From contig BCKQ01000005.1 of the NCBI GenBank assembly GCA_001600695.1, positions 264,215 through 328,214 of the forward strand: DNA of 64,000 nucleotides. Reading direction: 5' to 3'. A program made the translations under genes and the position numbers. Shown in pieces: positions 1 through 11,430 of the stretch (its first letter is position 1; every line of letters begins with the position of its first letter). The notes under the pieces were generated by a model. The model saw only the letters and a list, made by a program, of their open reading frames with translations, searched no databases and had not been told where the DNA came from. This DNA is from Ascoidea asiatica JCM 7603 (taxonomy: Eukaryota > Fungi > Ascomycota).

Positions 1-950
1 TCAATAAAATTTTTTTATTGAATAATTATATGAAATTTTATTAAATATTAATGTAATGAATTGTAAAAAATAAGTAAATATATTTAAATAAAAGGAATTT
101 AACAGTTTTATATAAAACTAGATATTGATATTTTATTAAATTTATAATAAAAGTGTAATATGAGAATAGCAAGAATAGATTTAGTAATCGTAATTTACTA
201 TGATATTTGAACTATTATGTAGTTTTATCTACCTAGCTAATCTGCTTGATGTACTGTTGGCCGTGATAAAACTAGTAGTAGTAAATCAAAGGATAAAATG
301 AAAAGCAGCAAAAACAAGTCAAAACTAGTCAAAAAATAAGTCAAGAATTCAAAAACTCAAAGAAATTCCAGAAAAAATTCACAGAAAAAGCAGAGAAAAC
401 AAAAAAATAAAAACAATCACGGCAATTGTTCCTTCACTACATAAACATCAACAACAGTGGACTTAACCTGAAAACAACACTAGTAAACTACTAACCCGCC
501 ATAGACCGCTAAAGCTGCACCCGCTTCCACAATATTCTGTTCTAGGAAATTAATAATCAGTCTTAGTTCTGGGCTTTTATTATGTCTTTAGATATCAAGA
601 CTCAAGTCTTGAGCCTTTTATCTTGCAACTATGGTTTGAAGCTCGAGATCTTAAGTCCGCTCTGCAGTGCGATGATTTAACTTGAACTTCAAAAAACACT
701 GTGATGCTACACCGTCAGCATGACTGGGGGTGGGGAATACCATTCTCTTAAGGGCTGACTGATACACTCAAACCTTTAGGTATCCGAAAACCGGCAGCAA
801 TCACGTTTATTTTAATCAAAAAAAAATTAATCACATGAGTTTACGTAACTTTGTTTTACATATTTCTGCATATAAATGTAACTAGAGGTATTTTAAAACA
901 TTATATTGCAAGTATTCAATATTTATATGATTTCAAAACAACTTCTTCTT

Positions 951-1120
951 ATTGGCTGAAGAGCAGTAAAACAGAGCTTTCTGGACCGTCTTCGGAAAAC
1001 AGCATATCTGGGGAAAAACCTGTGATCCAGTCGATGAAATGGATCCAGAGCAATGGTTTCATAGTTTTGGGACTGTGCTTTTTTTTGAGTCTTTAAGCTG
1101 CTTTTCTCATTGATTATTGG
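951..1120 (-). promoter_or_regulatory. Two CCAAT boxes (ATTGG at 951-955 and 1116-1120) upstream of SDH3; possible Hap2/3/5 sites
   Basis: Motifs seen directly. CCAAT-complex control of respiratory genes is established in yeasts, but the motif is short. Confidence 0.35.
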
Positions 1121-1467
1121 TTTGAACTGTAGAGTAGATCTTAGCTATGAATCCATACAGTAGCATAGTAATTCAGATCGAATGTAAACTCATTAACCTA
1201 AACTGAAGTTGTTATTTGGATTTATCAGATATGATATGATATGATATTATAATAATATACCTTGAAAATATAATAACAAAAATCTAATTTTAATAGACTA
1301 TACTAATTATTAAATTACTATCATTGCTTTACTTAAGTCCTAATAAAACTTTTTTATATTTTATTAAGCACATTCAATTAAATTCGTCAAGATAGAAATT
1401 GAATTATTTTGTTTATTATTGAATCTTACAAATTGCAAAAAAAAGAGTTATACAATATTGATTAAAA

Positions 1468-2043
1468 ATGTTTGCTCGTGGAAGTCTAGGACTTGTTAAA
1501 TCAACTTTTTCAAAACAATCAATTAAAAATTTCAATAATGTTAAACCTTTTATATTAAAATCTTCTATATCTTCAACCACTTCTCAATCTTCCTCAATTT
1601 CAACTACTCCAACCATCGAAACTACTCCTGATGAAGAACAATCAATTTTAGTAGCCCAAAGAGTTAATAGACCAACTTCTCCACATTTAGATATATATAA
1701 ACCTCAATTAACAATGGTTTTATCTGGTGCTCATCGTATAACTGGTGTATTTATGGCTTTTGGTTTTTATGGAATAACTTGTTCTTATACTGCTGCAACT
1801 ATTCTTGGTTTACCTTTTGATCATCATTTATTTTTCAGTTTAATTGAATCTTTACCAGTATATTTACAATATGCTTTCAAAGCTGCCTTAGCTTATCCTT
1901 TTGCTTTTCATTTAGGTAATGGTTTAAGACATTTTGTTTGGGATTTCGGTAAAGAATTATCAATCAAAGGTATCTATAGAACTGGTTATGCTGCTTTAGC
2001 CTTTGGTGCTGTTTTTGGTTCTGCTTTAATCTTATTTAAATAG
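1468..2043 (+). CDS. SDH3: Succinate dehydrogenase cytochrome b560 subunit
   Basis: Mitochondrial presequence, then QRVNRPTSPHLDIYKPQLT, SGAHRITG and FHLGNGLRHFVWD motifs, with three TM segments. Confidence 0.96.
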   Translation: MFARGSLGLVKSTFSKQSIKNFNNVKPFILKSSISSTTSQSSSISTTPTIETTPDEEQSILVAQRVNRPTSPHLDIYKPQLTMVLSGAHRITGVFMAFGFYGITCSYTAATILGLPFDHHLFFSLIESLPVYLQYAFKAALAYPFAFHLGNGLRHFVWDFGKELSIKGIYRTGYAALAFGAVFGSALILFK

Positions 2044-2197
2044 ACAATTTCAATTTAATCGATTCATAAATCTATACATTTAAATTATTCTGACTCTTTC
2101 ATCAATATTTTGAATTATATTTCATTTAATTTATATATATTTGAAACTAAAAAATTATAAAATCATAAAATAGTAAAAAAAAAGATTTAAATTTTTA

Positions 2198-2271
2198 TAT
2201 ATACATATTACTATTTCTCAATTATGTCACAAATATTTATTTTCTCTTTATCTATAAGATTTTTATATACA
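2198..2271 (-). promoter_or_regulatory. Two Puf3-type elements (TGTATATA) in the MRPL31 3' region
   Basis: TATATACA on + strand at 2198-2205 and 2264-2271. Mitochondrial ribosomal mRNAs are typical Puf3 targets; AT-rich background lowers specificity. Confidence 0.45.
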
Positions 2272-2345
2272 TTTGACTTGAATATAAGTTCTGATTAAAA
2301 AATTATAAATATTTTATACAATTGTTTTTTATACAATTCATAAAT

Positions 2346-2783
2346 CTAAAAATTATCTGGATTTGTTCTGATTGATAATCTCGTCCATTTTGGTACTTTA
2401 TGTATACTTTTTCTATAACCTCTTGACGTTTTACAAAAAACTGTATATTTATCTCTTGATGGCATTTCATATTCTTTTGGAAAAATATTAGAATCATTTA
2501 ATAATTCTAATTTTTTAGGTATTTCTTGTTGGGTACTTTTCAATCCTTTAGTTAATAATTTTATTGTATTATCCACATTCTTTAATCTTTTTCTTTGACG
2601 TGCTTTTTGTGGTGATGATAATCTCCATGGGGTTTTCCTTTTTTGAAAAATCAATAAAAAAAATGTTAGTTAAATATTATTAAGATGGTATAAAATACAA
2701 ATACAATTTTATATTCCTTTGAAATAAACTCACCATAATAAACCACCAAGGGCAACTGGTGAAGCTTTGAAAACACCAAACAT
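2346..2783 (-). CDS. MRPL31: Mitochondrial ribosomal protein L31 (mL60); exons 2783-2734 and 2637-2346; 113 aa
   Basis: Splicing gives [39 protein letters not shown]...DKYTVF...GYRKSIHKVPKWT, the L31 family signature. Confidence 0.93.
2638..2733 (-). other. Spliceosomal intron of MRPL31 (96 nt)
   Basis: Donor GTGAGT, branch AACTAAC (2671-2665), acceptor AAG. Removal restores the conserved GGLLWK. Confidence 0.9.
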
Positions 2784-3015
2784 AATCAGAATTGCTTTAA
2801 AGAAGTTATTCTTTGATACCTAAAAACAAACTTCACTTTCAATATTACTTTCTTGGGAATTTTATTTGAATTGAATTAGTATTGTAATGCATTTCAATTA
2901 TTTGGTCAAGTTTCAGATTCCTGATCGAAATCAACATCTTTAGAGAATTTTTCGAATACCCACGGGCCCCAAATAAAAAATATCACATGATTTTAGGTAA
3001 TCATTATTTGTTAAT

Positions 3016-3060
3016 ACGCGTTAATCAATTTAATCTTTTAAAAATTTGATAGTTACGCGC
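3016..3060 (+). promoter_or_regulatory. MCB elements upstream of POL2 (ACGCGT 3016-3021; ACGCGC 3055-3060)
   Basis: CG-rich motifs in AT-rich DNA about 320-360 bp upstream of a replication gene, as expected for G1/S MBF regulation. Confidence 0.7.
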
Positions 3061-3376
3061 CATGAATAACTTTATAAAAGTATATTTTGAAATATGATTT
3101 TTAGCTATTACCGGTTTCTCGAATTCTAAATTGAAATAATTTCAATCTTTCAATGAAAAATTTAATATAATATTAATTGGTTTCAAATTTAATTGTAAGA
3201 GTATACTTAAGAATCTTTCTTTATTTCTTGCTAAATTATTCATTCTTTTAGTGTTATATACAACAGATTCATTTTGAATTCAGCAAATAATGAATTATAC
3301 CTCAAGTTAATTAATGAACTTCTTTTTATAATAATTTCATATCAATAAGAATAGCAAATCTAAAGAAAAAAAAAGA

Positions 3377-6300
3377 ATGGCTAAAAGAAGTAAATTTGAA
3401 AAATCCAAATATGGTAACTCCAACGATAATAATTTTTTCTCAAAAAATGAAAATGCTTTAAACAAAAAGCTAATAAAATTAGATCAATCTAAAAAAATCG
3501 ATGAAATTGATTCACTTATGGGATTTGATAGATTTGAAACTGGGCCAAAAAAATCGGGATGGTTAGTTAATATTCATCCTTCAACTATATACAATGAGTC
3601 TGATTCAAGATTACTTGGTAATGCTGCCGTCGATTTATACTTCTTGGATAAAGAAGGTGGAACTTTCAAAGCTACTATTCAATACGATCCTTACTTTTTA
3701 TTATCCTGTACAAACATCGATTATCAAAATGAAATTGAAGAATACTTAACAAGAAAATTAGATGGACTAGTAAAGGGTATAAAAGGATTGACAAAAGAAG
3801 ATTTGTCTCAAACAAATCATTTATTGGGTTTAAAACAAAATTATCTTAAAATATTTTTTCATAATATAACGGATTTATTCGAGGCTAGAAGAATTATAAA
3901 TCAAATAATTGATTTAAATAAAAAAAATAATGAAATGAAAAATATTTATGAATCGTTACTTGATTTGGATAACTTCAATGACAATAAAATCAATGAACTT
4001 GAAAATGATGAAAGAACAAATCCTTCAAGATTTATAAGCGATATCAGAGAATATGATGTTCCGTTTCATGTCAGAGTTGCAATTGATAAGAATATACGGG
4101 TAGGAAAATGGTACAGTGTTGATCCTAATGGTGATTCTGAAAATAATATAGTATTAGAAGAACTTGATATTGTGGCTCCAGCAGATCCAGTTATTTTGGC
4201 TTACGATATTGAAACAACAAAAGCCCCATTGAAGTTTCCAGACTCAAGTATTGACCAAATAATGATGATATCTTATATGATTGATGGGGAAGGGTTTCTT
4301 ATAACCAACAGAGAAATTATCAGTAAGGATATTGATAATTTTGAATATACTCCGAGATCCGAATATAAAGGATTATTTGAAATATATAATGCAGAGAATG
4401 AAGAGGATTTGATTAAATATTTTTTTGATCATATAAAAGAGTCAAAGCCTACAGTCATTGCAACATTTAATGGTGATTTCTTTGATTGGCCTTTTGTAGA
4501 AGCAAGAGCTGAGTACCATAATATTTCAATGTTTGATGAGATTGGTTTTAAAAAAGATTCAGAGGGTGAGTATAAATCAGCCTATTGCGCTCATATGGAT
4601 TGTTATAGATGGGTTAGACGTGATTCTTACTTACCACAAGGATCACAAGGTTTGAAGGCTGTTACATTGGCAAAACTTGGGTATAATCCGTTAGAATTAG
4701 ACCCAGAATTAATGACTCCTTATGCAATTGAAAAACCTCAAGTATTGGCCGAATATTCTGTCTCTGATGCTGTAGCCACTTATTATTTGTATTATAAATA
4801 TGTTCATCCATTTATATTTTCATTGGCAACCATTATACCGCTAAATCCCGACGAGGTTTTAAGGAAGGGTACAGGTACTTTATGTGAAATGCTATTGATG
4901 GTTCAAGCTTATAGTCATAATATTGTTTTCCCAAACAAACATAAAGACACTTTGGAAAAATTCTTTGATGGACATTTGTTGGAATCTGAAACTTATGTCG
5001 GAGGACACGTTGAGTCATTGGAAACTGGTGTATTTAGATCTGATTTGAAAAGCACTTTTACTATTGACCCTTCTGTAGTTGATGAATTTTTAGATGATCT
5101 CTCCGAAATTATAAAGTTCTCTGTTCAAGATGAAAATAAAAAGTCCATGGAAGATGTCTTGAATTATGAAGAGGTTTATGATCAAATTAAAAGTCAATTA
5201 CTTGATTTTCAATCTAAGCCTAAACTCAATGAAAATCCATTGATTTACCATGTTGATGTAGCTTCTATGTATCCCAATATTATGATATCCAATAGACTTC
5301 AACCTGATTCTATAAAAACTGAAAAGGATTGTGCGTTATGTGAGTTTAATACTATAGATAAGCAATGTGATAGAAGATTAACGTGGGCTTGGAGAGGTGA
5401 GTTTTATCCTGCAAAAATGGATGAATATAACATGATCAAAAGAGCTTTGCAAAATGAAACTTTTCAAGTTTCTAAAAGTAACTTTGATGAAACTAAAGTA
5501 GAAAAGGACTTTGGCAACTTAAGTTACTCTGATCAAATGTCTTTTATCAAGAAAAATCTTAACAGCTATTCCAGGAAAGTTTACCACAGAACAGTTGTAA
5601 CAGAAACTAAGAATAAGGAGGCAATTGTTTGCCAAAGAGAGAATCCTTTTTATATTGACACAGTTAGAAGTTTTAGAGATCGTCGTTATACATATAAAGG
5701 AAAAGCTAAAGAATGGAAAAAGAAAGTTTCTCAAATAAACAGCGAAGATCATCATACGCTAGAAGAAGCTAAAAAAATGGTAATAACTTATGACTCTTTG
5801 CAATTGGCCCACAAGGTCATTTTGAATTCATTCTATGGGTACGTCATGAGAAGGGGATCCAGATGGTATTCCATGGAAATGGCAGGAATAACTTGTTTGA
5901 CAGGTGCCACGATTATTCAAATGGCTCGTGCAATGGTTGAAAGATTTGGAAGACCTCTTGAGCTTGATACTGACGGTATCTGGTGTATAATACCATCTTC
6001 TTTTCCTGATGAGTTTACTATTAAGCTTAAAAAAGGAAAAATTACTTTAAATTTTTTATGTACCATGCTTAATTATTTGGTGCATAAAAAGTTTACTAAT
6101 GATCAATACCATGAATTGATAGACGCCAAACATTTTGAGTATTCTGTTCACAAAGAAAATTCCATTTATTTTGAACTAGATGGCCCATATAAAGCAATGG
6201 TATTACCAACTTCTAAAGAGGAAGGAAAAGGTATCAAGAAAAGATATGCTGTTTTTAATGATGATGGATCCTTGTCAGAGTTGAAAGGTTTTGAACTTAA

Positions 6301-9300
6301 AAGACGTGGAGAGTTGCAGCTAATTAAGAATTATCAGTCTGATATTTTCAAGGTTTTCCTTGATGGAAAAACTTTAGAAGAATGTTATGAAGCTGTTGGA
6401 GGCATTTCGAATAGATGGTTAGATGTATTGGACTCTAAGGGTAATATGTTAGAAGATGAAGACTTAATAGAATTGATTTCCGAAAATCGAATGATGAGTA
6501 GACCTTTAGCTGATTATAAAGGCCAAAAATCTACTTCCATAACTACTGCTAAGAGGTTAGGAGAATTTCTAGGTTCAGAGACTGTCAAGGATGCTGGTTT
6601 ATCATGTCGGTACATCATCTCTCAAAGACCTTTTGGTGCACCTATAACAGAAAGGGCTATACCAGTGTTAATATTTTCAACAGATTTATCTCAAAAACGA
6701 GCCTTCTTGAGAAAATGGCTTGCAGATTCCTCCTTGGAAAATTTTGATCCCCGAAATATTATTGATTGGTCTTACTATAGAGAAAGATTGGCATCTACAA
6801 TTCAAAAGATTGTTACAATACCTGCTGCTATTCAAGGTGTTTCGAACCCTGTGCCTAGGATTCCTCATCCTGTGTGGCTACAAAAAAAAATCAGTTCAAA
6901 GAAAGATCTTAAAAAACAGTCCAATCTCAAATCGTTTTTCAAGGCTGAAAAAAAGGTTTCTCCCTTTATGATAGAATCTATACATGATATTGAAGATATC
7001 GATAAATCTGAATATAAAGGTAAAATGGCTAAAGTTGTATTCAAAAAGAGAAAGGCAGTTCTGTATCCAGGTGTTGAAGTTGAGAATGAGAAAATATGCA
7101 ACCAAATTTGTCCCGATATAGAAGTTGATTATTCAGGATGGTTAAATTTTCAGAAAAATTTATGGTCCAAGGAAAACAAACTTACCGAAAGAAGACAGAG
7201 ACTTTTCGGTAGCACCAAGTATATTTCTAGCAGTGTTAGTAATATTATTGAAAGGCAGTTGGAAGATTATGCGAGTGAAACATGGGAAATATTAGAGTAT
7301 AAAAAAAGTACGACTCCCGGAGATGTTGATGTATCTTTAATCATGAATAAAAGTGTACATTCTATTAAAATACACGTACCAAAGACTATATATATTAGCT
7401 TGAATTCAAAAGATAATCCAAAAACAAATATCTCAAACTTTAAGTTAGAAAAATCCAGCAAACAACTTCCAAAAGTAAGTGCTACTCCATCATCCCTTTA
7501 CGAACTAAGTTTGCCAGAAGCAGATTACATCAAAGAAAAATCAAATCCCGGTGGAATATTCGAACAAAACGTAAATACTATTTATGAATCAAGGTTCTCG
7601 TCTCAAGAAAAGGTAATTCTCGAGTTGGGAACTTGTTGCAGATTTGATCAATCAAAAATTGGCTCATTGAGTAGAGCTTTATCAGATGGGTTTGACTTTG
7701 TTAGTCTAAAGCCAATAGATGGTCATAATTATCTATCTGGATTAGCTTTGGATGTTGTTTATTTATTGCATATCATTTCAAATCAATATGAAATGTTTGT
7801 CCTTTTTAATTGTTCGGAAAATAAAACAGAGGTTTTGGTTGTGAAACCCTCACAAGCATCTCAAAATCTTACCACTAGAATGGACAAAGAATACGAAACC
7901 TTGTTTATGAATGATTCGGAAGATTTTAAGACTTATTCAGGAATTGTTTCTTACAAAGAGAACATGAACTTCAGCATTTCTTATTATTCTGATACCACTA
8001 AGCTTATGAAAAAAGTTAGTTCGCTCTGCTCCACCATGTATGATGAGAGAGGAAGAAACACACTTTTTGTTCTTCAATCCCCCTTTCTTGAACTTACTTT
8101 GAAAGCTATTAAACCTTTGAGTAATTTTCCTATAATCAAGCTTACAGGTAATGAAATCAAATTATCTGTCTTACAATGGCAAAGCGCTATCGTGAAAAAT
8201 ATGTTAACTTTATATTTTCAGCTTGGTTCCATTCTTAATAAGCTTATACTGTTATCTAGATATTGCAATGTTCCAGTTTGCAATATACCCCTATCTGATA
8301 TCAATTTTTTGATTGATATTGAATACTCTCGAAGATTAGCCAAAGGAAACATAGTGCGTTGGTGGTCGCCAAATTCTACTCCAGATCATGGTGGCTCCGA
8401 AAAGGATGAAATTCTTCCAATTACTGAAACATTTGAGTTCCCGTCAATTAATAGACCAGAAGTATACGAGACGGTATCAATGGAAATAAGTATTTCAAAT
8501 TTAATTGTCAACACATTATTATCATCAAATTTAGTTAATGAAGCTGAAGCTTCTGATCTAGTTGGCTCGGATTCTAATTCAAAAAATGTATTTCAATCAA
8601 ATTCAATTTTAGCAGAAGACTTGTTTTCTAGTAAAGCTTTGATTTTATTGAAAGATATGGTTAAAAATTGGTGGGATGATGCCCTTAAAGGAGATAGTAA
8701 TGCTGATTTAATGATTCATAGTCTTGTTTATTGGATTCAAACATCCAGATCGAACCTCTACGATCCCATATTACACTATCATGTTGAAAATTTATCTAAA
8801 AAAGTATTTTTACAATTAGTTAGAGAGTTTCAAAAAATTGGAACTATTGTATTATATGCTGATCGAGGGAAAATTATTCTTAATACATCTAAACTTTCTT
8901 TAAGTAATACTTTTGCGTTCTCACAGTATATTGTCAAGGCTACTAGAGCCAAACCTCTTTTTCATTTTCTTGAATTAGACATTGTGAAATATTGGGATAT
9001 TTTAATATGGATGGATCGATATAATTTTTGTGGGAATTTTTGTGATAGTATACTAACAGAAGCAAAAATTGAGCCTGAGACTTTACATGTAATTAATTGG
9101 CAGTTGAAAAGATTCCTCCCCGAAATCTTACAAGATGAACTAGATGATTGGATAGAAATATTCTTGGAATTATTAGATAGAAAAAAAAAAAAACAGTCTC
9201 GAGTGAATTCAATAAAATATCTTAATACATGGGGGCGAAATGAGCAAGTAGAGGAAGATACCGAAGAAAAGTTGTTCGATTCGATTAGAGTTCCGTTGCT

Positions 9301-9928
9301 TGAACGAATAGCATCATTACAAAGAAATCAGAATGAAGCTATGATGAATCAAAATACAAGGAGTGATTATGAATTACCAAAATTTCCTTTATCTATTGAT
9401 CGAGCTCAAGATGCAGTGTTGATATTGGTTAAGTACATTTGTGCTATTTTTGCATTATCTAAGAAAAGAAATTTAGAAATACGCTTATTAAGAAGAGATT
9501 TATTAGCAATTTTTGATGTTGGAGAATTTAATGAGATTGGTATATTCAAGAATCCTAGCATTCCTGTTAAAATTTCAAGTATATTATGCCAAAGTTGCAA
9601 CTCAATCAAAGATATTGATTTCAGTCGAGATGAAGAGAAAAATATCTGGAATTGTGAAAACTGCAAAGAAAAATTCAATAAGATCTCAATTGAAGAAAAG
9701 TTAATTGAGATTCTTAATAAAAGAATAACCACATATTGCACTCAGGATTTAAAATGTGAGAACTGCAAAACAATCAGAAATGATCCTTTATCGAAGTATT
9801 GTATTTGCTCTGGAAAATGGACTTATACATTAGATAGAAAGGGAATAATGAGGCAAATAAAATTATTAGATACAATTGCAAAACACTATAATTTTAGAAT
9901 ATTGGATGAATGTATAGCTGGTATGTAA
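3377..9928 (+). CDS. POL2: DNA polymerase epsilon catalytic subunit
   Basis: Exonuclease YDIETTK, polymerase DVASMYPNI and ELDTDGIW motifs, PIP-like QSNLKSFF, C-terminal CysA/CysB motifs; 2183 aa. Confidence 0.99.
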   Translation: MAKRSKFEKSKYGNSNDNNFFSKNENALNKKLIKLDQSKKIDEIDSLMGFDRFETGPKKSGWLVNIHPSTIYNESDSRLLGNAAVDLYFLDKEGGTFKATIQYDPYFLLSCTNIDYQNEIEEYLTRKLDGLVKGIKGLTKEDLSQTNHLLGLKQNYLKIFFHNITDLFEARRIINQIIDLNKKNNEMKNIYESLLDLDNFNDNKINELENDERTNPSRFISDIREYDVPFHVRVAIDKNIRVGKWYSVDPNGDSENNIVLEELDIVAPADPVILAYDIETTKAPLKFPDSSIDQIMMISYMIDGEGFLITNREIISKDIDNFEYTPRSEYKGLFEIYNAENEEDLIKYFFDHIKESKPTVIATFNGDFFDWPFVEARAEYHNISMFDEIGFKKDSEGEYKSAYCAHMDCYRWVRRDSYLPQGSQGLKAVTLAKLGYNPLELDPELMTPYAIEKPQVLAEYSVSDAVATYYLYYKYVHPFIFSLATIIPLNPDEVLRKGTGTLCEMLLMVQAYSHNIVFPNKHKDTLEKFFDGHLLESETYVGGHVESLETGVFRSDLKSTFTIDPSVVDEFLDDLSEIIKFSVQDENKKSMEDVLNYEEVYDQIKSQLLDFQSKPKLNENPLIYHVDVASMYPNIMISNRLQPDSIKTEKDCALCEFNTIDKQCDRRLTWAWRGEFYPAKMDEYNMIKRALQNETFQVSKSNFDETKVEKDFGNLSYSDQMSFIKKNLNSYSRKVYHRTVVTETKNKEAIVCQRENPFYIDTVRSFRDRRYTYKGKAKEWKKKVSQINSEDHHTLEEAKKMVITYDSLQLAHKVILNSFYGYVMRRGSRWYSMEMAGITCLTGATIIQMARAMVERFGRPLELDTDGIWCIIPSSFPDEFTIKLKKGKITLNFLCTMLNYLVHKKFTNDQYHELIDAKHFEYSVHKENSIYFELDGPYKAMVLPTSKEEGKGIKKRYAVFNDDGSLSELKGFELKRRGELQLIKNYQSDIFKVFLDGKTLEECYEAVGGISNRWLDVLDSKGNMLEDEDLIELISENRMMSRPLADYKGQKSTSITTAKRLGEFLGSETVKDAGLSCRYIISQRPFGAPITERAIPVLIFSTDLSQKRAFLRKWLADSSLENFDPRNIIDWSYYRERLASTIQKIVTIPAAIQGVSNPVPRIPHPVWLQKKISSKKDLKKQSNLKSFFKAEKKVSPFMIESIHDIEDIDKSEYKGKMAKVVFKKRKAVLYPGVEVENEKICNQICPDIEVDYSGWLNFQKNLWSKENKLTERRQRLFGSTKYISSSVSNIIERQLEDYASETWEILEYKKSTTPGDVDVSLIMNKSVHSIKIHVPKTIYISLNSKDNPKTNISNFKLEKSSKQLPKVSATPSSLYELSLPEADYIKEKSNPGGIFEQNVNTIYESRFSSQEKVILELGTCCRFDQSKIGSLSRALSDGFDFVSLKPIDGHNYLSGLALDVVYLLHIISNQYEMFVLFNCSENKTEVLVVKPSQASQNLTTRMDKEYETLFMNDSEDFKTYSGIVSYKENMNFSISYYSDTTKLMKKVSSLCSTMYDERGRNTLFVLQSPFLELTLKAIKPLSNFPIIKLTGNEIKLSVLQWQSAIVKNMLTLYFQLGSILNKLILLSRYCNVPVCNIPLSDINFLIDIEYSRRLAKGNIVRWWSPNSTPDHGGSEKDEILPITETFEFPSINRPEVYETVSMEISISNLIVNTLLSSNLVNEAEASDLVGSDSNSKNVFQSNSILAEDLFSSKALILLKDMVKNWWDDALKGDSNADLMIHSLVYWIQTSRSNLYDPILHYHVENLSKKVFLQLVREFQKIGTIVLYADRGKIILNTSKLSLSNTFAFSQYIVKATRAKPLFHFLELDIVKYWDILIWMDRYNFCGNFCDSILTEAKIEPETLHVINWQLKRFLPEILQDELDDWIEIFLELLDRKKKKQSRVNSIKYLNTWGRNEQVEEDTEEKLFDSIRVPLLERIASLQRNQNEAMMNQNTRSDYELPKFPLSIDRAQDAVLILVKYICAIFALSKKRNLEIRLLRRDLLAIFDVGEFNEIGIFKNPSIPVKISSILCQSCNSIKDIDFSRDEEKNIWNCENCKEKFNKISIEEKLIEILNKRITTYCTQDLKCENCKTIRNDPLSKYCICSGKWTYTLDRKGIMRQIKLLDTIAKHYNFRILDECIAGM

Positions 9929-9960
9929 TTATATATACTAATATTAATAGTAACTTTAAT

Positions 9961-10800
9961 CTATTCGATTCTAAACTTAGGTTTTGATTTTCTGGGATTT
10001 AATTTTTGACTTATGACTATTTTCCCTTTATTTTTTTTTTTAAAATTAGTTTTCTCTTTACTTTTAATTATTTTTGTTCTATCCTTTGTATTTGAATTAG
10101 TTGAGACCATAATTTTTAGAGGTTTTTTTCTTGGAACAAATTGGGTTCTTAATCTTGTTTTCTTTTTCACTAAAGTTTCTCTGTACTTGATTCTCTTTTT
10201 CATACCTGGTTTCCCTCTTTTGGATTTACTGATTTTGTCCAATTCTAATTGAACCTTTCTATTATGCTGGCATAAATCTATTAACCTATAAAGAGGGTTT
10301 GGGCTTCTAAGTAAATTTATCTGCTTATAGATGTCATCCCCAGAAACAGCCACTTGGGCAAATTCAGATTTTTGTATATCTGAATAATTTGAAAAGTAAT
10401 AAGAATCGGGCCTTTTTTGGTTCCTAGAAATCTCATCAAAATTCAAATCGGATTGTTTTAAATTGATTTTAATGAAGTTATTCTCTTGTTTATTAGTATC
10501 CTGATTGGAAGAAAATAATGGGAAAAAATACTCTTCATCTTCACTCTCAGCTTCTTTAATTACATTATTATGTTGAATTTCTTGATCTTCTTTATTATTT
10601 GGGTCAATCATCTCAAAATCTAATTGCATCAATTGGCCATTACTCTCAGAATCTGAATCTATGTTTGGATCAGAATTGGAATCTGATTCATATAAAGTTT
10701 TTCGCGAAACACTTCATTAAGCAATGTTAGTTTAATTGAATTATCTTCTAAGGATTCAAAATTGAATATTTTCATACATTTTAAATTTTTCGCTTGTCAT
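9961..10800 (-). CDS. Conserved fungal protein, DUF2011-like, basic C-terminus (possibly nucleolar); exons 10800-10778 and 10711-9961; 257 aa
   Basis: Splicing gives MTSEKFKIVSRKTLY... in frame with the track ORF. EEYFFPLFS, RPDSYYF and FAQVAVSGDDI resemble DUF2011 as I remember it; K/R-rich tail. Confidence 0.7.
10712..10777 (-). other. Spliceosomal intron (66 nt) of the DUF2011-like gene
   Basis: Donor GTATGA, branch AACTAAC (10732-10726), acceptor AAG. Joins the upstream ATG in frame. Confidence 0.8.
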
Positions 10801-11430
10801 ACTAAAAGTTGTTTTTGAGCTGATTACATTATTTCATTTTTTTTACAAAACTTAGAATTTGAATTAAACTGATCAATTAAGTACCAGTAACAGATGTTTT
10901 TTGTTCAAACGAAAAAAAACTATTAAAACAAATTCACAGATAAACTAACAAGAACTAAGTAAGTTACCCTCTTTGAACTTTCAAGGAAGTGAAAAAAGGC
11001 CTGGAAAGAACCTTATTTTTGATAAAAACTTCTGCGAGCTTTGAATTTATTTGCAAACGATACTACTTACATATTTTATTAATAGTTAGTTTACTCATCT
11101 CTACTTCATTAGATTTTTGCTTGATTGATTCGATTTTGTTAGGTATGAAATATCAATAAGTTCCTTCTCTAAATCAAAAAAAAAAAATAAATTGAAAAAG
11201 AATTTGACAATTGAATATTTATTGTAGTACTTGTTAATAGTCAGAAAAAAAAGAAACTAATTACCAAGATGACATTAACTTTATTTAAAAATATTATTCC
11301 ATGACTATATGGTTAGAAAGATTAATAACTTGATAATTTATGTAATTCGATATAAGTAAAAACTCCTTTGATTAATATTTCCTATTTGAAGTTATAACAA
11401 TGAATTATAATATAAATTTGAGAATAATAA

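Noticed and set aside
830-3130. Point-centromere CDEI-like ATCACATG motifs (about 830 and 2983) followed by AT-rich DNA
   Set aside because: No CDEIII CCGAA motif at the expected distance. Such motifs recur in many promoters here and fit ordinary Cbf1 sites.
4833-9741. Short antisense or alternative-frame ORFs inside POL2, and similar ones inside other genes
   Set aside because: Shadow ORFs of long AT-rich coding sequences, with no independent motifs.
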